Below, in pieces: positions 30,192-40,182 of a stretch of 64,000 nt of DNA. A program made the position numbers and the translations under genes. The notes below the pieces were generated by a model that saw only the letters and a list, made by a program, of their open reading frames with translations, was not told where the DNA came from and did not search any database. Source of the stretch: an uncultured Planctomycetaceae bacterium (GTDB lineage: Bacteria > Planctomycetota > Planctomycetia > Planctomycetales > Planctomycetaceae); NCBI GenBank assembly GCA_963976765.1, contig CAXBME010000004.1:310001-374000 (forward strand). Reading direction: 5' to 3'. How positions within the stretch are numbered: position 1 is the first letter of the stretch; the number at the start of each line of letters is the position of its first letter.

Positions 30192-31592
30192 TTGAAGCCA
30201 GCCACTGAACCTGTCCGACTATTCCGAATCGGCACCGCGTTACTTGTGTTGCTCATCAATGGTCGGTCGCTCGTCGCGACCACTCGGAATGACGTCGCCA
30301 GCCAACCGCCAAATATCCTCATCATTACCGCCGACAATCTCGGCTATGGCGACCTGCAAAGGTACAACCCGAAATCCAGCATCCAGACGCCCAATCTTGA
30401 TCGACTCGCAAAACAGGGTGCGAGACTGACGAGTTTTTACACGGCTTCGCCGACCTGCACGGTGTCACGAGCCTGCCTGCTGACCGGAAGAATTCCGCAG
30501 CGGCACGGATTGACTGAGCAACTTGGCGGTGTCACGGGCAATTACGGAGTTGGGCTCAGCCATGATGAGAAGCTCATTCCGCAGATTCTCAAGCAGGCTC
30601 CGACTCCGTACGCAACAGGATGTTTCGGTAAGTGGAACATCGGCTTTGCCAAAGGCTCGCGACCGACAGAACGCGGCTTCGACGAATTCATCGGGCACGC
30701 ATCGGGAAACCTCGACTACTACCACCACAACTATCGCGAGAAGCACGATCTGTATCACGGCACCGAAGAACTGCATCGCGAAGGCGAATACTCAACGGAC
30801 ATCTTTGCCGACGCAGCCATTGACTTCATGCGCAGAAAGTCCGCGACCGAACGGCCGTGGTTCTGCTACCTCCCATTCAACTCTCCGCACTTTCCGACGG
30901 CGGGCAACAAGACGCGAGGTGAACCTAACGTCTGGCAGGCTCCCGACTGGGCTTTCGAGGCATGCGGTTACGCGCCCGACGAACCCGATGCAGAGAAACG
31001 ATACCAGGCAGTCGTCTATTCGCTGGACGTTGCGATCGGCCGCGTCCTTTCAGCCCTGGATCAGACCGGCGTCGCCGACAACACATTCGTCTTTTTCATG
31101 TCGGACAACGGTGCTTTCCGCCTGAATCGGAAAGGTCTGGACATCGGCTCGAATGAACCGCTCCGGCACGGCGGCGTGACCTGCTGGGAAGGCGGCCTGC
31201 GTGTCGTAGCGATGGCTCGCTGGCCAGGCAGGATCGACCCCGACTCGGTCATCGACGAGGCACTCTGGTCACCGGACCTGCTCCCCGCCTGCGCGAAGCT
31301 CGCCGGCGCCACAGCACCGTCGGACATTCTGCTCGACGGCAAAGATCCGCTCCCCGTTTTGCGAAGTAATGCCGCGTCACCGCACAAGTCACTCTACTTC
31401 GAGCACCGATCGCATGCCGCACTCCGAAAAGGTGACTGGAAGATCGTTCGCGAAAAGCCGAATCAACCATGGCAATTGTACAACCTCGCAACGGACCAAT
31501 CCGAAGCTCGCAATGTCGCCGGCTCCCGGCCGGAGATCGTCGATGAACTCGCCGAAGAATTTGGACAGTGGCAGCAGTCCTTCCGGCAATGA
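30192..31592 (+). CDS. Sulfatase (arylsulfatase A-like)
   Basis: PNILIITADNLGYGD, CTVSR active-site variant, GKWN, SDNG, WEGGLRV. Confidence 0.92.
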   Translation: MKPATEPVRLFRIGTALLVLLINGRSLVATTRNDVASQPPNILIITADNLGYGDLQRYNPKSSIQTPNLDRLAKQGARLTSFYTASPTCTVSRACLLTGRIPQRHGLTEQLGGVTGNYGVGLSHDEKLIPQILKQAPTPYATGCFGKWNIGFAKGSRPTERGFDEFIGHASGNLDYYHHNYREKHDLYHGTEELHREGEYSTDIFADAAIDFMRRKSATERPWFCYLPFNSPHFPTAGNKTRGEPNVWQAPDWAFEACGYAPDEPDAEKRYQAVVYSLDVAIGRVLSALDQTGVADNTFVFFMSDNGAFRLNRKGLDIGSNEPLRHGGVTCWEGGLRVVAMARWPGRIDPDSVIDEALWSPDLLPACAKLAGATAPSDILLDGKDPLPVLRSNAASPHKSLYFEHRSHAALRKGDWKIVREKPNQPWQLYNLATDQSEARNVAGSRPEIVDELAEEFGQWQQSFRQ

Positions 31593-31709
31593 CTCGAGAC
31601 GATTCCGACCTCACCGTCATGCGCATTGTTGAGCATGACCAGCTAAAGTTACCGGCCCACAATAAACGGTTCTCAAAGGCGATCGCTGTTTAATCTTCGG
31701 AGACAATTC

Positions 31710-33224
31710 ATGCTTCACCTGCGTCTGCTTATCGTATTTGGTTTTGTTGCGAGTGGATTCGCTTCGCCACTCCCTCAACTCTCAGGAGCCGAGCGCAAGC
31801 CGAACATCGTCTTCATTCTGGCCGACGATCTGGGTTACCGAGAGCTCGGCAGCTTTGGGCAGAAGCTGATCAAGACTCCGCACCTGGATCGACTCGCCTC
31901 GCAAGGCATGAAGCTGACGCAGCATTATTGCGGCAACGCGGTGTGTGCTCCTTCGCGCTGCGTGCTCGTGACCGCCAAACATCCTGGACACGCCATCGTT
32001 CGCAGCAACAAAGGAACGCCACCGGAAGGCCAGTGGCCGATTCCGGACAATGAAGTCACCATCTTTGAATTGATGCAGAGGCAGGGCTACGTCACTGGAG
32101 CATTCGGAAAATGGGGACTGGGTGGTCCGGCGTCTTCCGGCGAACCGCTTAACCAGGGCGTGAACCGTTTCTTTGGGTACAACTGCCAGTCGCACGCTCA
32201 CAGCTATTACCCGTCGTACCTCTGGGATGATTACAGACACTTTCCATTGAAGAACGCCCCGCCGGTCCCTGGCCACGCCAGCCTTGTAAAAGGAACCGAC
32301 TCAGCGGACCCTCGCAGCTACGACATTTTCAAAGGACAGGATTACGCTCCGGACCGGATCAACGAACAGGCTTTGAAGTTCGTTCGAGACAACAAAGACC
32401 GGCCGTTCTGCCTATATTACCCGACGGTCATTCCTCACGTCGCGCTGCACGTTCCTGACGAAGAACTGAAGCCCTACCTGGAACTCGGCTGGAACGATCC
32501 GCCGTTCACTCGCGATGGCGGGTACGGCTACACCCCGCACTTCACTCCGCGAGCTGCCTACGCCGCGATGATTTCTCGCATGGATCGTTACGTCGGAAAC
32601 CTGCTGAATCTGCTCGACGAGTTGAAACTGGCCGACAACACGATCGTTGTCTTTAGTTCGGACAACGGCACGACGCATCTCGACAAAGAAGTCGACTACA
32701 CCTTTTTCAAAAGCGTCGGCGAACTGCGAGGCCTGAAAGGATCGCTCTACGAAGGCGGCGTGCGAGTGCCGACTCTCGTTCGCTGGCCCGGCCACGTGGC
32801 TGCGGGTTCAAGCAACGATCGCATCAGCGGTTTCGAGGACTGGATGCCAACACTGCTCGAACTGATTGATGCCGAAGTAAAAGCGCCGTCTAACATCGAC
32901 GGCATCAGTCTCGCGCCGACGCTCCTCGGGAAAAAGCAGGAAGACCGACCATTTCTCTATCGCGAGTTTCCCAGTTACGGCGGTCAGCAGACAATTCGCG
33001 TCGGAGATTGGAAAGCCGTCCGGCAGAACATGACCAAAGGCAATCTGAAGATCGAGCTTTACAACATCGCGAACGACATCGGCGAAAAGCACGATGTGGC
33101 CGACGAGAACCCGCTCATCGTTAAAGAACTTGCCGCACTGATGAAACAGGAACATATCCCGTCGGAAGTCTTCCCGCTCATTCCTCTGGATGCTCCGGCA
33201 AGTAAACCTCGCGCAAAGAATTAG
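31710..33224 (+). CDS. Exported arylsulfatase
   Basis: Signal peptide, PNIVFILADDLGY, CAPSR, GKWGLG, KGSLYEGGVRVP. Confidence 0.95.
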   Translation: MLHLRLLIVFGFVASGFASPLPQLSGAERKPNIVFILADDLGYRELGSFGQKLIKTPHLDRLASQGMKLTQHYCGNAVCAPSRCVLVTAKHPGHAIVRSNKGTPPEGQWPIPDNEVTIFELMQRQGYVTGAFGKWGLGGPASSGEPLNQGVNRFFGYNCQSHAHSYYPSYLWDDYRHFPLKNAPPVPGHASLVKGTDSADPRSYDIFKGQDYAPDRINEQALKFVRDNKDRPFCLYYPTVIPHVALHVPDEELKPYLELGWNDPPFTRDGGYGYTPHFTPRAAYAAMISRMDRYVGNLLNLLDELKLADNTIVVFSSDNGTTHLDKEVDYTFFKSVGELRGLKGSLYEGGVRVPTLVRWPGHVAAGSSNDRISGFEDWMPTLLELIDAEVKAPSNIDGISLAPTLLGKKQEDRPFLYREFPSYGGQQTIRVGDWKAVRQNMTKGNLKIELYNIANDIGEKHDVADENPLIVKELAALMKQEHIPSEVFPLIPLDAPASKPRAKN

Positions 33225-33382
33225 ACCATCTTGATGGTCTCTGTGCAGGAGCTGATACCCGGAATATCCATTGCTTCCATTGTGGCCATCCTCCAGAACA
33301 CTAAAAACGAATTCTGAAAGTGCTCTCGATGAATGTTGCTGTCGGCTTTCTTTCCAGAGAACCGCCCCAGAAGGATGCCACC

Positions 33383-35488
33383 ATGCCACTGAGATCTTCA
33401 ACGGCGATGGTCGTCGCTGCTCTCATCTCGCTTTGCCCAGGAATACCGGACTTCATTCTGGTCGACTCGACCGTCGCCGGAAGCAGTTCGGTCCGGGCGG
33501 ATGAGCCTCAGACTTTTCTGGAATTTGTCAGATCTCAGCGTGACGCTTTAAGAGGAAACGACGCAGCGCCAACTTCGCTGGACGAGTGGAAGTCTCGCAG
33601 GAACGAGATCCGAGAGCATCTCCTTAATGCCTGGGGTGGTTTCCCGAAGGAGCATGCCCCCTTGAATCCCAGACTTCTGGGAACTTTGCAGCGCGACGGC
33701 TACCGTGTCGAGAAAGTCATCTTTCAGACACTACCTGACGTCTGGATGACAGCCAACGCGTACGTGCCTGACCAGCCGGGCAAACTGCCAGCCGTACTTT
33801 GCGTGCATGGACACTGGAAAGGTGCCAAACAGGATCCTCATGTTCAGGCTCGCTGCATTGGACTGGCGAAGCTCGGCTTCTTTGTCCTGGCCGTCGACGC
33901 GTTCGGTGCGGGCGAACGAGGAATCGGAAAAGCCCTCGGCGAGTACCACGGGGAAATGGTCGCCGCCACGCTTTACCCGATTGGCCGTCCGTTAAGCGGC
34001 ATCCAGGTTTACGAAAACCAGCGAGCGGTCGACTACATGCTGACTCGCCGGGAGGTCGATGAAGACCGGCTGGGCATCACCGGAGCCAGTGGAGGCGGCA
34101 ACCAGTCGATGTACGCCGGCGCGTTCGATGAACGCTTTAAAGCCGTCGTCCCGGTCTGCTCCGTCGGCAACTATCGGGCTTATCTGGGAGCCGCGTGCTG
34201 CATGTGCGAAGTCGTGCCCGGAGCCCTTCAGTTCACGGAAGAATGGGGCGTCCTTAGCCTGACCGCCCCGCGAGCACTGATGATTATCAGCGCAACTCGC
34301 GACGCCTTTCAGTTCTCTGTAAGCGAGGCGGAAAAGTCGCTCGCCTTTGTCGAACCCGTCTACCAGCTCTACGAACGGCCAGACAAAGTCAGGCATGCAA
34401 TCTTCGAATCAACCCACGACTACAATCAGCCCATGCGCGAAGCCATGTATGGCTGGATGACTCGCCACCTTAAAGGCGAAGGTGATGGCTCACCGATTTC
34501 TGAGGCAGCAATGGAAACCGAGGATCCGGAAATGCTGCGATGTTTCCCCGGTGAAACGCGGCCCGATGACTGGATGACGATTCCAGAATTTGCCGCTCGC
34601 GAAGGACGAAAACTGCTGACTCAATTTGAGACGCCAAAAGACTGGGAGACGTGGAAGTCGTCAGCAAACCAACTGCGACGAACGCTTGAGCAGGCCATTC
34701 TGAAAAGTGATGTTCAATCGGCAACGGCACCCAAGCCGTCTAAAGCATCATCACAGCAGGAAATTTCGATTGTCTCGGAATCAGGCATCCATCTTGTCGC
34801 CACTCATACTCCTGGGAAGAAACCTAGCCGTCCTGGCACGGTCATTATTCTCAACCTTGATTCCGACCCCAGACGTCCGAACAGCCAACTGGTGAAAGCC
34901 GTTCACGAGTCTGGACGCCGAGCGGTAACGCTCAGCCTGAGAGCAACCGGCCAGCATGCACATCCCGGCGACAGGGTCGGTCGAGCACCGGACCATAACA
35001 CCGCCGAATGGTCGCTGTGGTTTGGACGACCGCTGCTCGGCCAGTGGGTGCTTGATCTACGATCAGCGATCACAGCGCTTACGGACAGCGGCTACGCTGA
35101 CGACAATCTGACCGTCATCGGAAACGGCCCCGCCGGTATCGTCGCGCTTTGCACTGCCGCAATTGACGACCGAATCGATCACACGGTTACCGTTGGTTCG
35201 TTGGTCAGTTTTGTCAGCGACACTCCGTACGAGAACCAAAGACTTGGAATTCTCCCCAACGGAATTGTTCGCGACGTGGGAGACGTTGCCCACATTGCAT
35301 CGCTGATTGCTCCCAACAGACTTACGATCTGCGGAGGCGTCAACGGTGCAGGGCATCAGCTCAACGAAGAATCTCTTCGCGCAACGTTCACTCCAACACG
35401 TCACGTCTTCGAACTGTCCGGAACGAGAGGTCAGTTCTCAGTGTCCCCACAACTCAGCGAAGAAGACATTGTCCACAAACTGGACTGA
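33383..35488 (+). CDS. Exported alpha/beta hydrolase (acetylxylan-esterase-like) with a second, degenerate hydrolase domain
   Basis: PAVLCVHGH, GITGASGGG nucleophile elbow, HDYN; C-terminal repeat has GNGPAG lacking the Ser. Confidence 0.82.
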   Translation: MPLRSSTAMVVAALISLCPGIPDFILVDSTVAGSSSVRADEPQTFLEFVRSQRDALRGNDAAPTSLDEWKSRRNEIREHLLNAWGGFPKEHAPLNPRLLGTLQRDGYRVEKVIFQTLPDVWMTANAYVPDQPGKLPAVLCVHGHWKGAKQDPHVQARCIGLAKLGFFVLAVDAFGAGERGIGKALGEYHGEMVAATLYPIGRPLSGIQVYENQRAVDYMLTRREVDEDRLGITGASGGGNQSMYAGAFDERFKAVVPVCSVGNYRAYLGAACCMCEVVPGALQFTEEWGVLSLTAPRALMIISATRDAFQFSVSEAEKSLAFVEPVYQLYERPDKVRHAIFESTHDYNQPMREAMYGWMTRHLKGEGDGSPISEAAMETEDPEMLRCFPGETRPDDWMTIPEFAAREGRKLLTQFETPKDWETWKSSANQLRRTLEQAILKSDVQSATAPKPSKASSQQEISIVSESGIHLVATHTPGKKPSRPGTVIILNLDSDPRRPNSQLVKAVHESGRRAVTLSLRATGQHAHPGDRVGRAPDHNTAEWSLWFGRPLLGQWVLDLRSAITALTDSGYADDNLTVIGNGPAGIVALCTAAIDDRIDHTVTVGSLVSFVSDTPYENQRLGILPNGIVRDVGDVAHIASLIAPNRLTICGGVNGAGHQLNEESLRATFTPTRHVFELSGTRGQFSVSPQLSEEDIVHKLD

Positions 35489-35518
35489 TCGATTCGAAAT
35501 AGCATCAAGGATGCCCAC

Positions 35519-38500
35519 ATGCACCGTCTGCTGATGTCTGCCTGCCTGCTGCTTGCCTGTAGCCTGATCACTGACGAACCAGGCCAAACTTCGGTTGTAT
35601 TCGCAGCCGACGTGTCAACGACTCGCAAAGTGACGGCAGCGGACATGCCTCGCATTCCGCACACTGAAGCCAACGACGCGTTGAAGACATTTGGACTGGC
35701 AAGCGGCTTCCAGCTCGAAGTCGTCGCCACCGAGCCGTTAGTTTCGGATCCGGTGGCCGCGTGCTTTGACGAGTTCGGTCGCATGTTCGTCGCAGAAATG
35801 CACGGCTATCCGTTCTCGCAGGAGCCGACCACGCTCAATCCCGCTGGCGGAGGAAAAAAAGATGCGGGAATTATCCGGATGCTCGAAGATACCGACGGTG
35901 ACGGCCGCATGGATCGCAGTGTTGTCTACGCCGACAAAATCAGCTGGCCGACTTCGGTCTGCTGCTACAACGGCGGCATTTTCGTCCTCGCGCCTGAGTA
36001 TCTCTACTATTTCAAAGACACTGACGGAGACGACAAGGCGGACATTCGTGAGATCGTGCTGTCCGGATTCGGTCGCGGTAATGTCCAGGCTCTGGCCAAC
36101 AGTCTTCACTGGGGACTTGATAACAGAATCACCTTTTCCGCCGGGCGCAATCCGAAGAATCTTCTACATCGAGGGAATCCGCTGTTTTCAGTTGGCAGCA
36201 ACGATCTTCGCTTCGACCCGAAGACCGAACAGTTTGAACTCGTGACCGGCGGGCTTCAGTTCGGACAATCGATCGACGACTGGGGAACGAGGTTCGTTTG
36301 CAGCAACAGCAACCACATTCAACAGATCGTGCTTCCGCAGGAGTACCTGTCACGAAATCCGTACCTTGCCGTCTCCAGTCCAATTCGCAGCATCGCCGCC
36401 GACGGAGCCAGCGCTCGAGTCTTCAGACGCAGTCCCCCGGAACCCTGGCGCATCGTCCGCCAGAAATGGCGAGCGGAAGAAAAAGGTTACCGCCTCGTCA
36501 TCAACGATGACGGTGCATGGGAGTTTCTTCCGCTCGATCCCTCAAAGAAAAAAGGAGCCGTGCCAACTGAGTACCCGGTCGGCTTCTTCACTTCCGCAAC
36601 TGGGATCACCATCTATCGAGGAAATGCTTACCCCAAAGAATTCCGAGGCAATGCGTTTGTTGGCGATGTCGGCGGAAATCTTGTCCATCGAAAATCCGTC
36701 AACACCGACGGAGTCGTCTACCGCGCCGAACGAGCCGATTCGAACGAAGAGATTATACGATCGTCGGATAACTGGTTCCGACCGGTGAACTTTGTGAATG
36801 CACCAGACGGTTCGCTTTACATGCTCGACATGTACCGCGAAACGATCGAACACCCACATTCGATCCCGGAAGAAATCAAAGCGTTTCTGGATCTGACCAG
36901 TGGACACGATCGAGGCCGCATATTTCGTCTGGTCAGCCCGGATATGGAGCGACTGCGGCCAGAACGACTTGGTGAGATGCCCATCATTAAAATTGCGTCG
37001 TACCTGAATCACGGCAACGCGTGGCATCGCATGACTGCGATGCGAATCTTGTGCGAACGCCAGGACCGAAGCGTGAATCCAACACTCCACGCAATCTTAA
37101 GCGGTTCAGCTAATCCTCTGGGCCGGATTCACGCTCTGTACGCTCTGCAAAGTTTGCAGTTGCTCCAGCCGCGTCACATTCGGCAGGGAGTCAGCGATAA
37201 GCACCCGAGAGTTCGCGCTCACGCGGTAAAGCTTTCAGAACCGTTTCTCAAAAACCAACAGACTGACGAAATCCTCGACGACCTGCTGGCACTCTGTGAT
37301 GACCCCAGTGAACACGTCCGCTTTCAGCTCGCCTTCACTCTCGGAGAATCTTCGGACGAACGAGCAATCGCTGGCCTCGCTCGCCTGGTACTGGACACCC
37401 GGAATGGTGCGGATACGCAAACAGCCATTCTTTCGTCCGTCCCGGAAACAGCAGATAAACTGGCAACGCTCCTGATCGCAAATACGGGAACGAAATCCGC
37501 AAAGACTCTGGCATTCTTATCAGAAACTGGCCAGATCGCTGGGGCGAATCCGAACCCGGCATCAGCTTTAAACATGCTGTCATCGGCAGCGGACGACGAT
37601 ATTCCAGCAACCGTCCAGCGAGCCATTCTTAGCGGACTGGGGAAAGGACTGGCAGCGCGAGGTTCGAACGTCAGCAAACTTCTCACCAGCCAGTCAGCTA
37701 CGGACTCCGCTCGTCAACGCGTCGTTGGCTTGTTCGCTAGAGCCGTTGAAAACGCCGCTGATGAAAACGCCGTCCTTAGTGACCGCGAAGCCGCGATTCG
37801 CCTGCTCGCCTTTGCCGACGAATCGACTGCTACCAGGAACCTGCCGGATTTTCTGTCGCCTCAAACTCCACCGCCGCTGCAACTTGCGGCTGTCAATTCA
37901 CTGTCTCAGCATGATTCCAATGAGATCGCGGAGACGCTGCTTGCCAACTGGAAAAGTTTCAGCCCTCAGGTTCGACAGGACGTAGTCGATGCTCTGGTCG
38001 TTAAGACGTCGCGAATCCAGACGCTGCTTGAAGCGGTCGAGTCCGGAACCGTCCTGCGAAGCGATCTGACCCGCGACCGCAAACAGCTACTGATGAACCA
38101 TCCCAACTCGACGGTCAACACACGAAGCCGAAAACTGTTCGGCGACGAAGTGAACTCGGATCGTGCAAGAGTTGTTGCCGAATACCAGGACGTGCTTACT
38201 CTTGATGGCGATACTGCACGCGGACAGGCTGTCTTCAGGAAAATTTGTTCTGCCTGTCACCGAGCAGGCGGTTTCGGTCAGCAAGTCGCTCCTGACCTGG
38301 CATCGGTCAGGAACAAGTCAGACGCGGATCTGCTGGTGTCGATCCTTGATCCGAACCGGGAAGCTCAACCGAACTTCAATGTCTACACAGTCGTCACCGA
38401 TCAGGGTCGAGTCTTCAACGGCATCATCGCTGCCGAATCAGCAGGAAGCATCACGCTTAAACGAGCCGAAGGTAAGCAGGACGTCATTCTGAGATCCAGC

Positions 38501-38647
38501 ATCGACCAGATGATTTCGACAGGTCTCTCGCTGATGCCGGTCGGCCTTGAGAAAGACCTCAGTCGACAAAACCTTGCCGACGTGATCGCCTTCGTGAAGT
38601 CAATCAAGGCCCAGCCTGCGGACGCCCCCCCAACGCCCGATCGATAG
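35519..38647 (+). CDS. PVC-type heme-binding membrane-associated dehydrogenase (beta-propeller, HEAT repeats, cytochrome c)
   Basis: EPLVSDPVAACFDE, DTDGDG repeats, WFRPVNFVNAPDG, HEAT-like helices, CSACH, SLMPVGLE. Confidence 0.9.
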   Translation: MHRLLMSACLLLACSLITDEPGQTSVVFAADVSTTRKVTAADMPRIPHTEANDALKTFGLASGFQLEVVATEPLVSDPVAACFDEFGRMFVAEMHGYPFSQEPTTLNPAGGGKKDAGIIRMLEDTDGDGRMDRSVVYADKISWPTSVCCYNGGIFVLAPEYLYYFKDTDGDDKADIREIVLSGFGRGNVQALANSLHWGLDNRITFSAGRNPKNLLHRGNPLFSVGSNDLRFDPKTEQFELVTGGLQFGQSIDDWGTRFVCSNSNHIQQIVLPQEYLSRNPYLAVSSPIRSIAADGASARVFRRSPPEPWRIVRQKWRAEEKGYRLVINDDGAWEFLPLDPSKKKGAVPTEYPVGFFTSATGITIYRGNAYPKEFRGNAFVGDVGGNLVHRKSVNTDGVVYRAERADSNEEIIRSSDNWFRPVNFVNAPDGSLYMLDMYRETIEHPHSIPEEIKAFLDLTSGHDRGRIFRLVSPDMERLRPERLGEMPIIKIASYLNHGNAWHRMTAMRILCERQDRSVNPTLHAILSGSANPLGRIHALYALQSLQLLQPRHIRQGVSDKHPRVRAHAVKLSEPFLKNQQTDEILDDLLALCDDPSEHVRFQLAFTLGESSDERAIAGLARLVLDTRNGADTQTAILSSVPETADKLATLLIANTGTKSAKTLAFLSETGQIAGANPNPASALNMLSSAADDDIPATVQRAILSGLGKGLAARGSNVSKLLTSQSATDSARQRVVGLFARAVENAADENAVLSDREAAIRLLAFADESTATRNLPDFLSPQTPPPLQLAAVNSLSQHDSNEIAETLLANWKSFSPQVRQDVVDALVVKTSRIQTLLEAVESGTVLRSDLTRDRKQLLMNHPNSTVNTRSRKLFGDEVNSDRARVVAEYQDVLTLDGDTARGQAVFRKICSACHRAGGFGQQVAPDLASVRNKSDADLLVSILDPNREAQPNFNVYTVVTDQGRVFNGIIAAESAGSITLKRAEGKQDVILRSSIDQMISTGLSLMPVGLEKDLSRQNLADVIAFVKSIKAQPADAPPTPDR

Positions 38648-39961
38648 CTACTTCGACGGCTCGATGATGTGAATTTCCGAATCGTTCAGCAGAGCAGAAA
38701 CGGGAGTACCTCGCCCTGCCTGAAACGCTTCATAGTTCTTTTCCGCAACGACAGATGCCGCCTCGATCACTTGAACGATGTCACGCTGACTCTGAGCGTC
38801 CGGATAAGAACCTTCAATTTCAGCCATCGATTCACCAAGAATCCTTCGACGAATAATGGCCAGCAATCCCGCAGCGATCGACGCCTTTCCGTAACCGAAA
38901 ATTTCAGGATACCCGCCTCGGTGATGAATACGACCACCGAATGACGGGTTACGAGTTCGAGAGCCGTCTCCGATAATCGCCTCCCGGTAGCCGCGTTCCT
39001 GCTGATCGACGATGCCGCGTCCATAGATTCCGTAAAGCTCAATTTCCTGGTTCACCGCGCCTTCGAATTCCGCCGGGTTGATCCAGTTGTTGTTATAGTC
39101 GCCGCGCATTCCGTTTTCGTAAGTTACAGCGACATCGACGCTGTCCCACGTTCGAATTGCCCCCTGCCGCTTGAAACTTGCAGGATCGACACCACGTCGG
39201 CGAGCGATTTCGACGTGATTTTTGTCCCAGTTGAGCAGCAGATTCTTCTGCCCTGTTGCAAACACGGCGACCGGCTTCACCTTCAGATAATGATGCACGA
39301 CGTCCAGCCAGTGGCAGCCGACATACGCAAACGGGTTGCTCTGCTCTGCCCAGGCGAAGATTTCAGTGCTGACTTCCAGCGGCTCTTCCAGAACGGCTCT
39401 CACCCGATTGATCGTCCCGTACTGCTCTGGAGCCTTCGTCATCATGTCGCGAACAAACGGGTCGTATCTTTTGTGCATGTCGACGGCGACGACGCGATCT
39501 TTTTCCCTGGCCTTTGCAATGACCTGGTCCGCTTCGGCAGTCGTCAGACACAGTGGCTTTTCTGTAATGACGTCGCAGCCAGCGTCGAGCGCGTCAAGAA
39601 TCGGCTGAGCGTGAACGTGGTCCGGCGTCGCCACGAAAACAACGTCCGGTTTGTGCGAAGCCAGAATGTCCCGCCACACGGCATCGCCATAGCAGGCGTC
39701 GATCTTTCGATCGGGAAAATCTTCTGCAAACCATTTCGTGATGTGCCCCGCCGTGCCGCTTTTCTCGCTGCGAGTTCCCACCGCGCAAACGTTGATCGCC
39801 ACGTCGGCAACAACCGGAGCAAAGTGGCTCATCCCGATACTGGTCAGAGCGCCGGACAAACCACCGCGCATGAAGTCTTTGAAACTTTGCCCGATGATTT
39901 CGTCAAAGAACATCCCGCCACCGATAATTGCCACGCTGAGTGACCGTTCCGCCCCGCTCAT
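38648..39961 (-). CDS. Gfo/Idh/MocA family oxidoreductase
   Basis: AIIGGG, VFVATPDHVH, VITEKPL, HKRYDP, GCHWLD. Confidence 0.9.
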   Translation of the reverse strand: MSGAERSLSVAIIGGGMFFDEIIGQSFKDFMRGGLSGALTSIGMSHFAPVVADVAINVCAVGTRSEKSGTAGHITKWFAEDFPDRKIDACYGDAVWRDILASHKPDVVFVATPDHVHAQPILDALDAGCDVITEKPLCLTTAEADQVIAKAREKDRVVAVDMHKRYDPFVRDMMTKAPEQYGTINRVRAVLEEPLEVSTEIFAWAEQSNPFAYVGCHWLDVVHHYLKVKPVAVFATGQKNLLLNWDKNHVEIARRRGVDPASFKRQGAIRTWDSVDVAVTYENGMRGDYNNNWINPAEFEGAVNQEIELYGIYGRGIVDQQERGYREAIIGDGSRTRNPSFGGRIHHRGGYPEIFGYGKASIAAGLLAIIRRRILGESMAEIEGSYPDAQSQRDIVQVIEAASVVAEKNYEAFQAGRGTPVSALLNDSEIHIIEPSK

Positions 39962-40182
39962 GACTGTTCTCCTCGTCGGTAAATTTGATTGTATAACTTT
40001 GCCTGAGCCAACGTGATCTCAGTGAATCAGGATTGAAAGCTGAGTTGTCAAACGACAATCATCGCGACTCACCAGGAACAGTTGTTGCCTTTCGGTAGCT
40101 CACCCTACCGGAATCGGTCAGACTCTGCTGTATTTTGGATGACTGACTCTACGAATCCTGACCACTTCAATTCGAGGCTGAC

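Noticed and set aside
38645..38650. Abutting convergent stop codons forming TAGCTA
   Set aside because: A common result of compact convergent genes; no further structure
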